Part shown: positions 29,942-39,354 of the stretch, in pieces | Layout: every line of letters begins with the position of its first letter | Position numbering within the stretch: position 1 is the stretch's first letter | Assembly: GCA_965208675.1 (NCBI GenBank) | Contig: OZ242351.1 | Span: 2,912,001-2,976,000 of the forward strand | Length of the DNA: 64,000 bases | Direction: 5' to 3' | Source: Candidatus Poribacteria bacterium | GTDB lineage: Bacteria > Poribacteria > WGA-4E > PCPOR2b | Made by a program: the position numbers and the translations under genes | Notes under the pieces: generated by a model | The model's database searches: none | What the model was told of the DNA's origin: nothing | What the model saw: the letters and a program-made list of their open reading frames with translations, nothing else

Positions 29942-30982
29942 ATGCTAGAAATTGACCCGCTTGACAAATTCCTCAAGGAAACAAAAGAGAAAATTGATGC
30001 GCATGTCTTAAATTTTCTACCTCAAGAACACGAACGCGATGAAGTGCGTCGGCTCTATGAGATGATGAAAGACTATCCGCTGCGTTCGGGCAAACGATTG
30101 CGCCCCGCAATCTGTTTGCTAATCTGCGAAGCCTTCGGCGGAAATCTAAAAAAGGCTCTCAATACTGCTGCGGCACTCGAACTTTTGCAAGATTGGCTGT
30201 TAATCCATGACGATATTGAAGACCAGTCCGATTTACGTCGCGGTCAACCGTGTCTGCATCAAAAGTATGGCGTACCGATGGCAATTAACGTCGGCGATGC
30301 CCTCCACTGCAAAATGTGGGAAATGCTCCATACGAACGCAGATTCTCTTGGCTATGAGATTGCGTTTCAGATTCTATTCGAGTTCTCACAACTCTGCAAT
30401 CAGGTTGTGGAAGGACAACATATCGAGCTAAGTTGGGTAAGCAACAACCGTTGGAACCTAACGGAAGCAGATTACTGGACTATGTGTGTGCAGAAAACAG
30501 CTTGGTATACATGTATCACCCCTTGTCGAATCGGCGCTCTCATCGCTGGTGCAACCACAGCCGAAGCCAATCAATTTAACGAGTTCGGTATGAATCTCGG
30601 AGTCGCCTTCCAAATCCAAGACGATGTACTCAATCTCGTCGGCGAAGTGGGGCGGTACGGTAAAGAGATTGCCGGCGACATCAGTGAGGGCAAACGCACG
30701 CTTGTACTCATCCACTTGTTGAGCTCATGTACAAAGACCGAGGCGCTGCGCGTAATCGAGATTATGGATAAACCTCGAGAGGATAAGACCAAAGAAGAAA
30801 TTGAAGGCGTGTTGCGCTTGATGGGGAAGTATAAGTCCATCCAATACGCACAACAACAGTCCAAAAAACTCGCGCAAAAGGCATGTACACAGTTCAATCA
30901 CCAATTTGCCCGCCTACCGGATAGTCGGGCAAAAACCCTCTTTTCGCGCCTAATTCATTTCGTCATCGAACGAGAGTATTAA
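29942..30982 (+). CDS. Polyprenyl diphosphate synthase (short-chain FPP/GGPP type)
   Basis: GKRLRP, IHDDIED..RRG, EGQ, KTA, FQIQDDVLN, EGKRT. Confidence 0.92.
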   Translation: MLEIDPLDKFLKETKEKIDAHVLNFLPQEHERDEVRRLYEMMKDYPLRSGKRLRPAICLLICEAFGGNLKKALNTAAALELLQDWLLIHDDIEDQSDLRRGQPCLHQKYGVPMAINVGDALHCKMWEMLHTNADSLGYEIAFQILFEFSQLCNQVVEGQHIELSWVSNNRWNLTEADYWTMCVQKTAWYTCITPCRIGALIAGATTAEANQFNEFGMNLGVAFQIQDDVLNLVGEVGRYGKEIAGDISEGKRTLVLIHLLSSCTKTEALRVIEIMDKPREDKTKEEIEGVLRLMGKYKSIQYAQQQSKKLAQKACTQFNHQFARLPDSRAKTLFSRLIHFVIEREY

Positions 30983-31109
30983 AATTCAGGCAATAATTCA
31001 ACTCAATACTTGCCGTTTGCAATGCTCCGCATTCAAACTTCTGTTCAGGAAGGAACACATGTAATTCAAATATACTATTATTTTACTGATTCGGCAATTC
31101 ACCAGTCCG

Positions 31110-31838
31110 TTACCCGCACGCCCTTACAAATGCCTTGAACAAGTTTAGCGCATCAGGATGGCGTTCCCACATCAGCTCCGGATGGCACGCCACCCCCAAA
31201 GCAAATTTGTGCGTTGGATTTTCGACGGCTTCGATGACACCATCTTTAGAGTGTGCAGTGGCAACAAATCCATCCCCAACCTCGTTCACTGCTTGATGAT
31301 GGTACGAGTTGACTCGGGTCAACGTGCCGCCGACTATCTGTTGTAGGCGGCTCCCCTGAAGAATATCAATCGTATGCGATGCATACCAACCCGGTCCCTT
31401 CTGCATATGGCACAAAGTTGGCGGGGGCAATTCGGACGCAATATCTTGGTATATTGTTCCGCCCGCCGCAACGCTCAAAACCTGCATACCACGGCACGTT
31501 GCCAGAATCGGCAAGTTCTGATCCAACGCTTTTTGTGTCAGTTTCAGTTCCATTTCATCACGCACTCGGTCCACGTTACCAATCTTCCGGTGCGGCTCCT
31601 GCCCAAACAGCAGCGGATCTATATCGCCCCCGCCGGACAATATCAGTCCGTCAAGCAACCCGAGGTAATGGTCGATGCAACCCGAATCTTCAACGTGCGG
31701 TAATAGGAGCGGTGTCCCCCCTATATATTCAATCACGCGAGCATAGTCGCGCGCTATTAGATTGCGTTCCAAAAAATGCATTGTGCCTTCGATATTGGTT
31801 ACTGTCAAACTGCAAGTTATGCCGATAACGGAACGCAT
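31110..31838 (-). CDS. Peptidase C26 / gamma-glutamyl-gamma-aminobutyrate hydrolase family
   Basis: LSGGGDIDP, RDEME, CRGMQ, VNSYHHQAV, HPE. Confidence 0.92.
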   Translation of the reverse strand: MRSVIGITCSLTVTNIEGTMHFLERNLIARDYARVIEYIGGTPLLLPHVEDSGCIDHYLGLLDGLILSGGGDIDPLLFGQEPHRKIGNVDRVRDEMELKLTQKALDQNLPILATCRGMQVLSVAAGGTIYQDIASELPPPTLCHMQKGPGWYASHTIDILQGSRLQQIVGGTLTRVNSYHHQAVNEVGDGFVATAHSKDGVIEAVENPTHKFALGVACHPELMWERHPDALNLFKAFVRACG

Positions 31839-31916
31839 TTTTAATTCCTCTGTATTGACATCAGGAATCAAGTTAAATGGAATATCTAGGACATCAGTAA
31901 GGAGGATGTTGAAACC

Positions 31917-32630
31917 GTGTTAATCATACCCGCAATCGATCTCCGAAACGGAAAATGTGTCAATTTGTTACAAGGACGCCCCGAGGAGGAAACAATTTTT
32001 TCGAATGAGCCCGTAACCATGGCACAACAGTGGCAACAGGAAGGCGCCGAATATCTACATCTCGTCGATCTCAATGGCGCTTTCCGAGGGACAACCGGGA
32101 ACCTTCACATAGTCAAGGAAATCGTCGGCACTGTTAGTATTCCTACGCAATTAGGTGGCGGTATACGTACAATCGAGAGGTTGCATCAGATTATGGACCT
32201 CGGTGTATCGCGAGCAATTCTTGGTACAGCCGCGCTCAATAATCCGCGGTTGGTTGAGGAGGCATTGAATATATATAGAGATCGAATTGCCGTCGGCATT
32301 GATGCAAAAGATGGAATGGTTGCAACAGAGGGTTGGTTAAATTTGTCTCAAATTTCGGCGCTTACATTCGCCAAAGAAATAGAAGCCAAGGGGATTCAAA
32401 CCATCATCTATACGGACATCGAAAGCGATGGAATGCTGAAGGGGCCTAACCTAGAGGCAACTCAATCTTTGATTGAGACTGTAAAATCCGACATCATAGC
32501 TTCTGGCGGCATCACGTCAATTCAAGATGTCGTTGACCTTAAGAAATCCGGTGCGTCGGGGGCTATCATAGGTCGCGCGCTTTACACCAACGTGTTAAAT
32601 TTGAATGCTGCCATTACTGCCGCCCGCTAA
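31917..32630 (+). CDS. hisA: ProFAR isomerase HisA
   Basis: IIPAIDL, HLVDLNGA, QLGGGIR, YTDIESDGML, ASGG. Confidence 0.96.
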   Translation: MLIIPAIDLRNGKCVNLLQGRPEEETIFSNEPVTMAQQWQQEGAEYLHLVDLNGAFRGTTGNLHIVKEIVGTVSIPTQLGGGIRTIERLHQIMDLGVSRAILGTAALNNPRLVEEALNIYRDRIAVGIDAKDGMVATEGWLNLSQISALTFAKEIEAKGIQTIIYTDIESDGMLKGPNLEATQSLIETVKSDIIASGGITSIQDVVDLKKSGASGAIIGRALYTNVLNLNAAITAAR

Positions 32631-32645
32631 ATAACCCAATCTATT

Positions 32646-33116
32646 CTACTCATCTGGACGAATCCAACTTACTACGTCTTCAGCTTCCCCCGCTCCGCCT
32701 TCGCGCCCATCACTGCCAAATGAAATCAAATCGTAACCATAGCGATCGTGGACGCCGGGGCGAATATAGATGTACTCATTCTGCCACGGATCCTTTGTGA
32801 AAGGTATCTTTAAGTACGGCCCACTCCAATTGACTGGAATAGGCGGTTTCTCAGGCTTTTCCCAGAGCGCAGCAAGTCCTTGCGCGGTTGATGGATAATC
32901 CCCATTGTCTTTCGCATAGCTATCAAGCGCAATGCCTATCGCTTCAATTTCTTCAGCAGCCTGCGCTTGCAGGGCTTTTCCCGCTTGTCCAAGTATGCGG
33001 CCGCCGCCAAAAATGACTGCCGCCACAACACCTATGATTACAATCACTACCAGAAGCTGGGTAGACGTCAGACCAGACTGTTGATTGTTAATCCTTCTCA
33101 AACGAATTTCCTCCAT
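32646..33116 (-). CDS. gspG: Type II secretion major pseudopilin GspG-like protein
   Basis: G-LT prepilin site, YPSTAQGLAAL, NWSGPYL, DPWQNEY, SFGSDGREGG. Confidence 0.85.
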   Translation of the reverse strand: MEEIRLRRINNQQSGLTSTQLLVVIVIIGVVAAVIFGGGRILGQAGKALQAQAAEEIEAIGIALDSYAKDNGDYPSTAQGLAALWEKPEKPPIPVNWSGPYLKIPFTKDPWQNEYIYIRPGVHDRYGYDLISFGSDGREGGAGEAEDVVSWIRPDE

Positions 33117-33255
33117 TCTCGTTAGACGATCCCATTTTAGCACAACCGCCTTTTTGCCTGCAACCACATTCCGATAGACTCAGGAAATTCCAAAACCGGT
33201 ACTTGTTGACAAACTGCTGTCTCGCTGCAAACGCAACAATTGACATAAAAAAATA

Positions 33256-34161
33256 TCAAAACGTCTCTTCGTTAAACTCCCGTTCCAATGTTCTCACTTT
33301 ATCCATCCCTGTGAGCTGTGCGACTTCTTGAAGGGGCATTAGCTCATCCACTAACGATATAGTTGTGCCATTATCCTGTAGTTCCTTCATCACTCGAGTA
33401 ACTGCTTTTGCCGCCGCCATGAGCGCGGTCATAGGGTATATGACAACCTTAAACCCCATACGGTACAGTTCGTCACTTGTGAGCAATGGTCTTCCGACGC
33501 TTTCAGTCATATTTGCCAGTACATGAGCATAAGGGCGAATGTTCTGGGCAACTATCTTTAACTCTTCGACGGTCTCCTCTGTGTAACCCGGATCAACAAA
33601 GATTATGTCTGCACCTGCCTGAGCGTAGGCAATGCCGCGCTTAACTCCCTCTTCCAGCCCTATCGCCCGGCTTGCGTGCGTTCGGGCAATCACCACAAAT
33701 TCTGGGTCCATCTCCGCTCGCACCTTGGCTACAGCTTTCAGTTTGCGCGCCATCGCTTCCACAGGAATAACATCGCCTCCGCCTAAAGATGGCGATCGCT
33801 TGGGCGACACCTGATCTTCAATATACATGCCCGCCAGCCCTGCCTGAATGACTTCTCGCGTCGTCCGCAGCACATTGAAAATATCCCCGAATCCGTCATC
33901 CATATCGCAAATCACAGGGAGGTTTACTGCAGCCGCCATGTTTCTGGCATAGTTTACCATTTCGGTTGCGGTGTGCAGCCCTATATCCGGCATTCCCAGA
34001 AAACTCGCTGCCGTGTTGTAACCACCGTGCAATGCCGCTTTGAACCCCGTGCGCTCTATGATACGAAGAGAAAGGCAGTCATAAGCACAAGGGGCTACAA
34101 CTACGCCGGGTTGTTCCAGTAACTCCCGAAGTTGCGTCGTTCTTTTTTTCCCGTTTATCAT
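33256..34161 (-). CDS. Isocitrate lyase/PEP mutase family enzyme
   Basis: AYDCLS, GMPD, DMDDGFG, IEDQ, IART, AGAD. Confidence 0.9.
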   Translation of the reverse strand: MINGKKRTTQLRELLEQPGVVVAPCAYDCLSLRIIERTGFKAALHGGYNTAASFLGMPDIGLHTATEMVNYARNMAAAVNLPVICDMDDGFGDIFNVLRTTREVIQAGLAGMYIEDQVSPKRSPSLGGGDVIPVEAMARKLKAVAKVRAEMDPEFVVIARTHASRAIGLEEGVKRGIAYAQAGADIIFVDPGYTEETVEELKIVAQNIRPYAHVLANMTESVGRPLLTSDELYRMGFKVVIYPMTALMAAAKAVTRVMKELQDNGTTISLVDELMPLQEVAQLTGMDKVRTLEREFNEETF

Positions 34162-34217
34162 AGGCGTGCATAAAAGCCAAGCTTACCGCAAGTCATGGGC
34201 AACAGATGATTTCATCT

Positions 34218-34616
34218 TTAGCGTATGCGTTCCCAATCCTTCATCAAGTCCCGATAGGCTCCAACTGGTCCAAATACGGGGGGTGTATTCACCCAATAGA
34301 GTTCCATCTCCTCATCGCCAGTGTTGATGGCGCGATGGCCTACACCGGGGGCGATGTATACTGCTGTTCCTTGCTCCACATCGACTACACGATCGTCCAA
34401 TACAAATTGACCCGTCCCCCGCAAAACGTAATAAATCTCTTCTCCTTCGTGAACACTCAGCTTCGTCTGTTCCTCGCCGGACGGTAAAATTACGATTCCG
34501 GCAGCGATATTGGCGGTGGGGGTGATGTCTCTTTCAAATATCAAGCCCATACAACGCCGGTGCGGGAGTGGTGATTTCCATAACATACACTCATTCGCCT
34601 TAACGACATCCTTCAT
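34218..34616 (-). CDS. Cupin domain protein
   Basis: HEGEEIYYVLRG and PGVGHRAINTG. Confidence 0.85.
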   Translation of the reverse strand: MKDVVKANECMLWKSPLPHRRCMGLIFERDITPTANIAAGIVILPSGEEQTKLSVHEGEEIYYVLRGTGQFVLDDRVVDVEQGTAVYIAPGVGHRAINTGDEEMELYWVNTPPVFGPVGAYRDLMKDWERIR

Positions 34617-34695
34617 GGTTTTCCTCTCTTTTGTTTCAATAAGTGCCCAGTCCGTGACATAATGTCTCTCGCTAACGTTCTACTTTATGATTCGC

Positions 34696-35481
34696 TTATG
34701 TTTCGCCTGTTAACGCTTCTGTGCTTGTGGCGGGTGACAGGGCGCCCACGCCGCCATCTACACACAGGAGAGAACCGTTCACATAGTCGGATTCCGAAGA
34801 CGCCAAGAACAATGCGGCGCGAGCCTGTTCTTCGGGTTGTCCCAGCCGTTGAAGTGGTACCCGCTTAGACCTATCCGCGCGATAATCTTCAGTTGTCGAT
34901 TCCAGCAGCATCGGGGTCGCAGTTGCCCCGGGACAGATGCAATTAACGTGGATATTGTATTTTCCCCATTCTACAGCGAGAGCCCTAGTTAATCCCGCCA
35001 CGCCGTGCTTTGATGCTGTATAATGTGCCATCTGGGGCACGCCGCTCATTCCTGCTGTAGAGGCAAAATTCACAATCTTCCCGTACCGCTGATTAATCAT
35101 GACCTTTCCAACTTCCCTGCAACACAAGAAAACTCCCGTCAGATTTACATCAATTACTCTTCGCCATTGCTGCAAGGAAACCTCCGCAGTAGGCCCAAAC
35201 TCGGCTATGCCGACACAGTTGACGAGGATGTCAATCCTATGAAACTCCTGTAATACGGCATCGGCCAATCTTATCACCTGATTCTCATCTACGACATCTA
35301 GTGCTAGTGCTTGCGCATGACCTCCCGCCATTCCGACTTTCAATGCCACATCGTTCGCTTTCCCATCATCTATATCACCGATGATGACCCTCGCTCCCTC
35401 TTGGGCAAAAAGTTGAGCGATAGATGCACCCATGCCCGATGCGCCACCCGAGATAATAGCAATCTTGTTTTGTAGCTTCAT
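34696..35481 (-). CDS. SDR family oxidoreductase
   Basis: SGGASGMG, YTASK, NCICPG, VDGG. Confidence 0.93.
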   Translation of the reverse strand: MKLQNKIAIISGGASGMGASIAQLFAQEGARVIIGDIDDGKANDVALKVGMAGGHAQALALDVVDENQVIRLADAVLQEFHRIDILVNCVGIAEFGPTAEVSLQQWRRVIDVNLTGVFLCCREVGKVMINQRYGKIVNFASTAGMSGVPQMAHYTASKHGVAGLTRALAVEWGKYNIHVNCICPGATATPMLLESTTEDYRADRSKRVPLQRLGQPEEQARAALFLASSESDYVNGSLLCVDGGVGALSPATSTEALTGET

Positions 35482-35551
35482 GGAATTTTTTTTGACGTCG
35501 GGGTGAAATTGAGGGATTTAGGGGCCTTTGGTGGAAAAAGCATGCCGCGGT

Positions 35552-36343
35552 TCACTCAAAGTGGTGCGCGCGAATACATGCAGTTAACCCGCCATCAACC
35601 GGCAGCACAACACCGGTTATCCATGACGAATCTGGGGATGCAAGGAACAGTGCGGCTTTTGCGACATCCGATAACTTGCCTAATCTGCCCATTGGGATAG
35701 AACGTAGCATGCCTTCCTTAAATACTGGATTCGTTGCCTCCATCAACAAGGGCGTCTCAATCGTTGCCGGACAAATGCAGTTGACATTTATGTTAAATGC
35801 GCCCAAGTCTACAGCGAATGCTCTCGTCAGCCCAACAACCCCGTGTTTGGCAATGCTATAAGAAGCAGCTTGCGGAATTGCGCGAACCGCTGCCGCTGAC
35901 CCAATATTGATGATTTTGCCGCTTCGCTTTCTCATCATCTCGGGCATAACCGCGTGACAAGTGTTCCACATGCCGTCAAGATTGACAGAACGTATCTTCC
36001 GCCAAAGCTCCATTGAATAGGCATCAGGCGGTACAAAGTGGTTCCAACCCGCACAATTGACTAAGATATCAACTGTACCAAGCTGCCGCAAAGTCCTTTC
36101 TACTTCCGCTTTCACTCCTACATCATCTGTGATATCTGTTTCTGACGCAATAGCTTCGCCACCGAGATGTTCAATCGCTTTGGCTACCTTGGTACCGCCG
36201 GGACCATCAATGTCCATAACAACCAATGCGGCCCCTTGTCGAGTGAACTCCATGCAAATTCCTTCACCGATGCCTGAAGCGCCGCCTGTGACAATGGCGA
36301 CCTTACCCTGCAATTGACCGCCGCTTGATGATTGGTCCGCCAT
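35552..36343 (-). CDS. SDR family oxidoreductase
   Basis: TGGASGIG, NCAG, YSIAK, VDGG. Confidence 0.93.
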   Translation of the reverse strand: MADQSSSGGQLQGKVAIVTGGASGIGEGICMEFTRQGAALVVMDIDGPGGTKVAKAIEHLGGEAIASETDITDDVGVKAEVERTLRQLGTVDILVNCAGWNHFVPPDAYSMELWRKIRSVNLDGMWNTCHAVMPEMMRKRSGKIINIGSAAAVRAIPQAASYSIAKHGVVGLTRAFAVDLGAFNINVNCICPATIETPLLMEATNPVFKEGMLRSIPMGRLGKLSDVAKAALFLASPDSSWITGVVLPVDGGLTACIRAHHFE

Positions 36344-36843
36344 TAACGCGCTCCTATTTTTCTAGTGCCGGAATCAACGATAGCCCTACTTTTTGCATAT
36401 TATACGTGAATGCATCCTAAAGTCAAGTAGAAAGAAAACACAAGGACAATGCTCGTTGCCCGCCAAAAAAGAAGTCGTGTCACGATGACTACGTTCTTAG
36501 CCGGATCCGCAACAGGCTGAAATTACACGGCAAGATTCAGATTTTTCTCTTGATTTTTGATTTGAAGGTTCTTATAATGCTGTGGACTCTGCAACTTGGT
36601 TAGAACACGGGTTACATCTCGTATAGCAACTGGTTGTCAGTTAGAAAGATGATTTCTCAATTGCCTATTTATGCGTTATAATATCTTGGCCCTCTGTTCT
36701 TATCACACCTACTTGAGATCTCATGAAAAACACCCCGCGGGTGATGACAAGAAGTTTCTTAATGCCTACCAGCCGATTCCTGGTAAGTTGCCGCACATTG
36801 AAGTATATTCACCCTTCGACACCCATTTAAACTGGAGCCCTTA

Positions 36844-38313
36844 ATGTCGTTTTCTTCCGAACCTAGTCAACTCAACGTGCAAAATCCCGCCGACGGTGAG
36901 CGGGGCATTCCGGCGCTCCTGCCCCGTGGCGGGCGTGGGCATCAGTTTGTCGTCTATGCCGATTGTTGCTCTGGCGTGCCCGGCGCAAAATTCGAACCAA
37001 ACTTCGCCGCTGTGAATGCCGCGGTAGCGAGGATTCATCCCCAACCCGATTTCATCATCTTTCCCGGTGACCACATTCTGGGAATTACGCAAGACTATGC
37101 CGCGTTACGTCAGCAGTGGCACTATTGGCTGCACACGGAAATGAGCTGGTTCAGGAAACGGGCCGTAGAAATCTATCACACAACTAGCAACCACAACACA
37201 TACGATGTCGAGAGCGAACAGGTGTGGCGTGACGTCTTTCCTGAAATCCCCTGCAATGGCCCCTCAGGTCAGGAGGGCTTGTCTTATTTCGTACGCCGCG
37301 GCGATTTTTTGCTAGTGTGTGTCAATACGGCTTACTCTGGACTAGGGGGCAACGGCCATGTTGAGCATGAATGGCTAGACCGAGTGCTATACGCCAACGG
37401 CGATGCCGCGTACAAGTTCGTCGCGGGCCATCATCCGGCTCTAACTGTAAATGGCTACGAGCGGTATCCGTTCTGGCGAATTGTCCCAGATGAAGGAGAA
37501 TCATTCTGGGATGTGTTGGCTAAACATCGCGTTCAAGCCTACCTCTGCAGTCACATTATTGCTTTTGATGTTCAGGCACGTGAGGGAGTACTCCAAGTGT
37601 GCACCGGCGGAGCGGGTACCAACTATGGTCCCGGCGGTTTCATGCCCGGTCGAACAGAATACCACCACGCCGTGCAGTTTGCTGTCGACCCCGCAGGTAC
37701 AAGCTACCAAGTGATTGACACTAATGGTACGGTACGTGAGCGGCTGGAATGGCCGATATCGCTTCCACCGGCGGTTGAATGGGAACAAGTTACACCAGAG
37801 GGGGCATCGGCAAAGTTCGGATGCGCTTGGGACGATTCTAGTCACAATCTCGGTGATGATTGGCTTTGTGCCTGGCGCATCTCAGGAGTGCTGCACCACA
37901 TTGCATCTGGCAAGAACACGCAATCCCTCCTCTGTGGATGGGACGACCTTGAGGGCGCCGCGACAATCTGGATTGGATTTGAGGGCTGTCCGCCGGTGCT
38001 CACGATTAAACTCGTGACCGAATCTGGAATGGGAACACAGACTTGGATTGGCACGGTGATGACACCGGGAGAACCTTTTGATTTCCACCTGGCGCTACAT
38101 AGCGGGATGGGTCCCGGCGGTGTTCTGTATCGGCTAGATGACGCATCTCGTTGGTCGTCATTGCAATCATCTGCGTCCACGGGGGCGGAAAATCTTATAT
38201 GGCCGCGCAAATGGGACATCGGCCACAGCCAAAGCGGCATATCCGATCGTCCGTTTCTTGGAAAAAATCTGCGAACATCCTGGTCGAAACGCCGTCTTCC
38301 AACACCATCGTAA
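36844..38313 (+). CDS. Calcineurin-like metallophosphoesterase with C-terminal extension
   Basis: YADC, FPGDH, SNHN, GHHP, CSHI, TGGAG. Confidence 0.8.
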   Translation: MSFSSEPSQLNVQNPADGERGIPALLPRGGRGHQFVVYADCCSGVPGAKFEPNFAAVNAAVARIHPQPDFIIFPGDHILGITQDYAALRQQWHYWLHTEMSWFRKRAVEIYHTTSNHNTYDVESEQVWRDVFPEIPCNGPSGQEGLSYFVRRGDFLLVCVNTAYSGLGGNGHVEHEWLDRVLYANGDAAYKFVAGHHPALTVNGYERYPFWRIVPDEGESFWDVLAKHRVQAYLCSHIIAFDVQAREGVLQVCTGGAGTNYGPGGFMPGRTEYHHAVQFAVDPAGTSYQVIDTNGTVRERLEWPISLPPAVEWEQVTPEGASAKFGCAWDDSSHNLGDDWLCAWRISGVLHHIASGKNTQSLLCGWDDLEGAATIWIGFEGCPPVLTIKLVTESGMGTQTWIGTVMTPGEPFDFHLALHSGMGPGGVLYRLDDASRWSSLQSSASTGAENLIWPRKWDIGHSQSGISDRPFLGKNLRTSWSKRRLPTPS

Positions 38314-38378
38314 AGCGGTCATTAACTGAGACAATCTTCCTTTAGGTACTTGCATAGTTTCTTGGAGTATAGATTCCG

Positions 38379-39188
38379 ATGCGATTCGTATTTGCTATTT
38401 CCATTCTCTTCTCCGCTGTGCAAATTCTTGTGCCTTCAGCCGGCGCGCTAGACGATTTGTTGATTTACCTCCCATTTAATGAAGGAGAGGGAGTTCGCAC
38501 CGAAGACGCTTCGGGCAACGGTTTTGACGGAAAACTCAAAAATGGAGCTAAGTGGACGGAAAACGGCAAGGGTGGTAGCGCCGTAGAATTCGGGAACGGG
38601 AACAATTCCCATGTTGCAGCCGAAGGAAAAATTCTCGACCCAATCTCAGAATCAGGGCAATTTACCATCGGCGCTTACTTTAAACTCACACAGCATCGTG
38701 GTTTTGACGCAATTATTAGCGTTGAGATGCAGGGCGCCGGTTGTTGCAAATACCGCATTCTGGTAAGCCCGGGTTTTAATCCCTATTGGAACGCATCAAA
38801 CGGCCCGCCAAATGACAGGACCTTTGCCGGCTTCCAATTTAAACTAAACACATGGTACAATTATGTCTTAACATATGATGGTCAAAGGGGAAATGTCTAT
38901 GTCAATGGGAAACTAATAACAGGCGTTGATGAAGGGAAAACACCGCCCATTGTTAGCCCATCTACGCTATACGTCGGGAGGGGTGAAGCTGACGGAATGC
39001 ATACACTGGAAGGGGGTGTTATCGACGAAGTTTTCATTTTCAGCCGCGCTTTAACACAGAGGGAAATTCAAACCATCATGAAAGGCGGCGTAATTCCTGC
39101 CGCCAGTGCTTTTGACGTCAATCCTAAAGGTAAATTGTCAACCACTTGGTCCGCCCTAAAAACACATAGAATCGTGGACAGCTATTGA
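38379..39188 (+). CDS. Secreted LamG-like jellyroll protein with conserved C-terminal tail
   Basis: Signal peptide, YLPFNEGEG..DASGN, YVNGK, IDEVFIFSRALT, VNPKGKLSTTWSALK. Confidence 0.9.
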   Translation: MRFVFAISILFSAVQILVPSAGALDDLLIYLPFNEGEGVRTEDASGNGFDGKLKNGAKWTENGKGGSAVEFGNGNNSHVAAEGKILDPISESGQFTIGAYFKLTQHRGFDAIISVEMQGAGCCKYRILVSPGFNPYWNASNGPPNDRTFAGFQFKLNTWYNYVLTYDGQRGNVYVNGKLITGVDEGKTPPIVSPSTLYVGRGEADGMHTLEGGVIDEVFIFSRALTQREIQTIMKGGVIPAASAFDVNPKGKLSTTWSALKTHRIVDSY

Positions 39189-39354
39189 GGAGGAAGCCAT
39201 AGATTTTAATTTGGAGGTCAGCATAAATTTACGTTCGCCATTCAATTTAATAACAAAGCGCCGATATTGACTCCCCATTTTAATTTCGTTAAAGGTTTCC
39301 GACGAGTGTAATTCACGATCGCGCATTAAACTATCAATAAGGAGCTATTGCTTT

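Noticed and set aside
13738-32630. Scattered hisG, hisB and hisA as a special arrangement
   Set aside because: Dispersed his genes are common in many phyla
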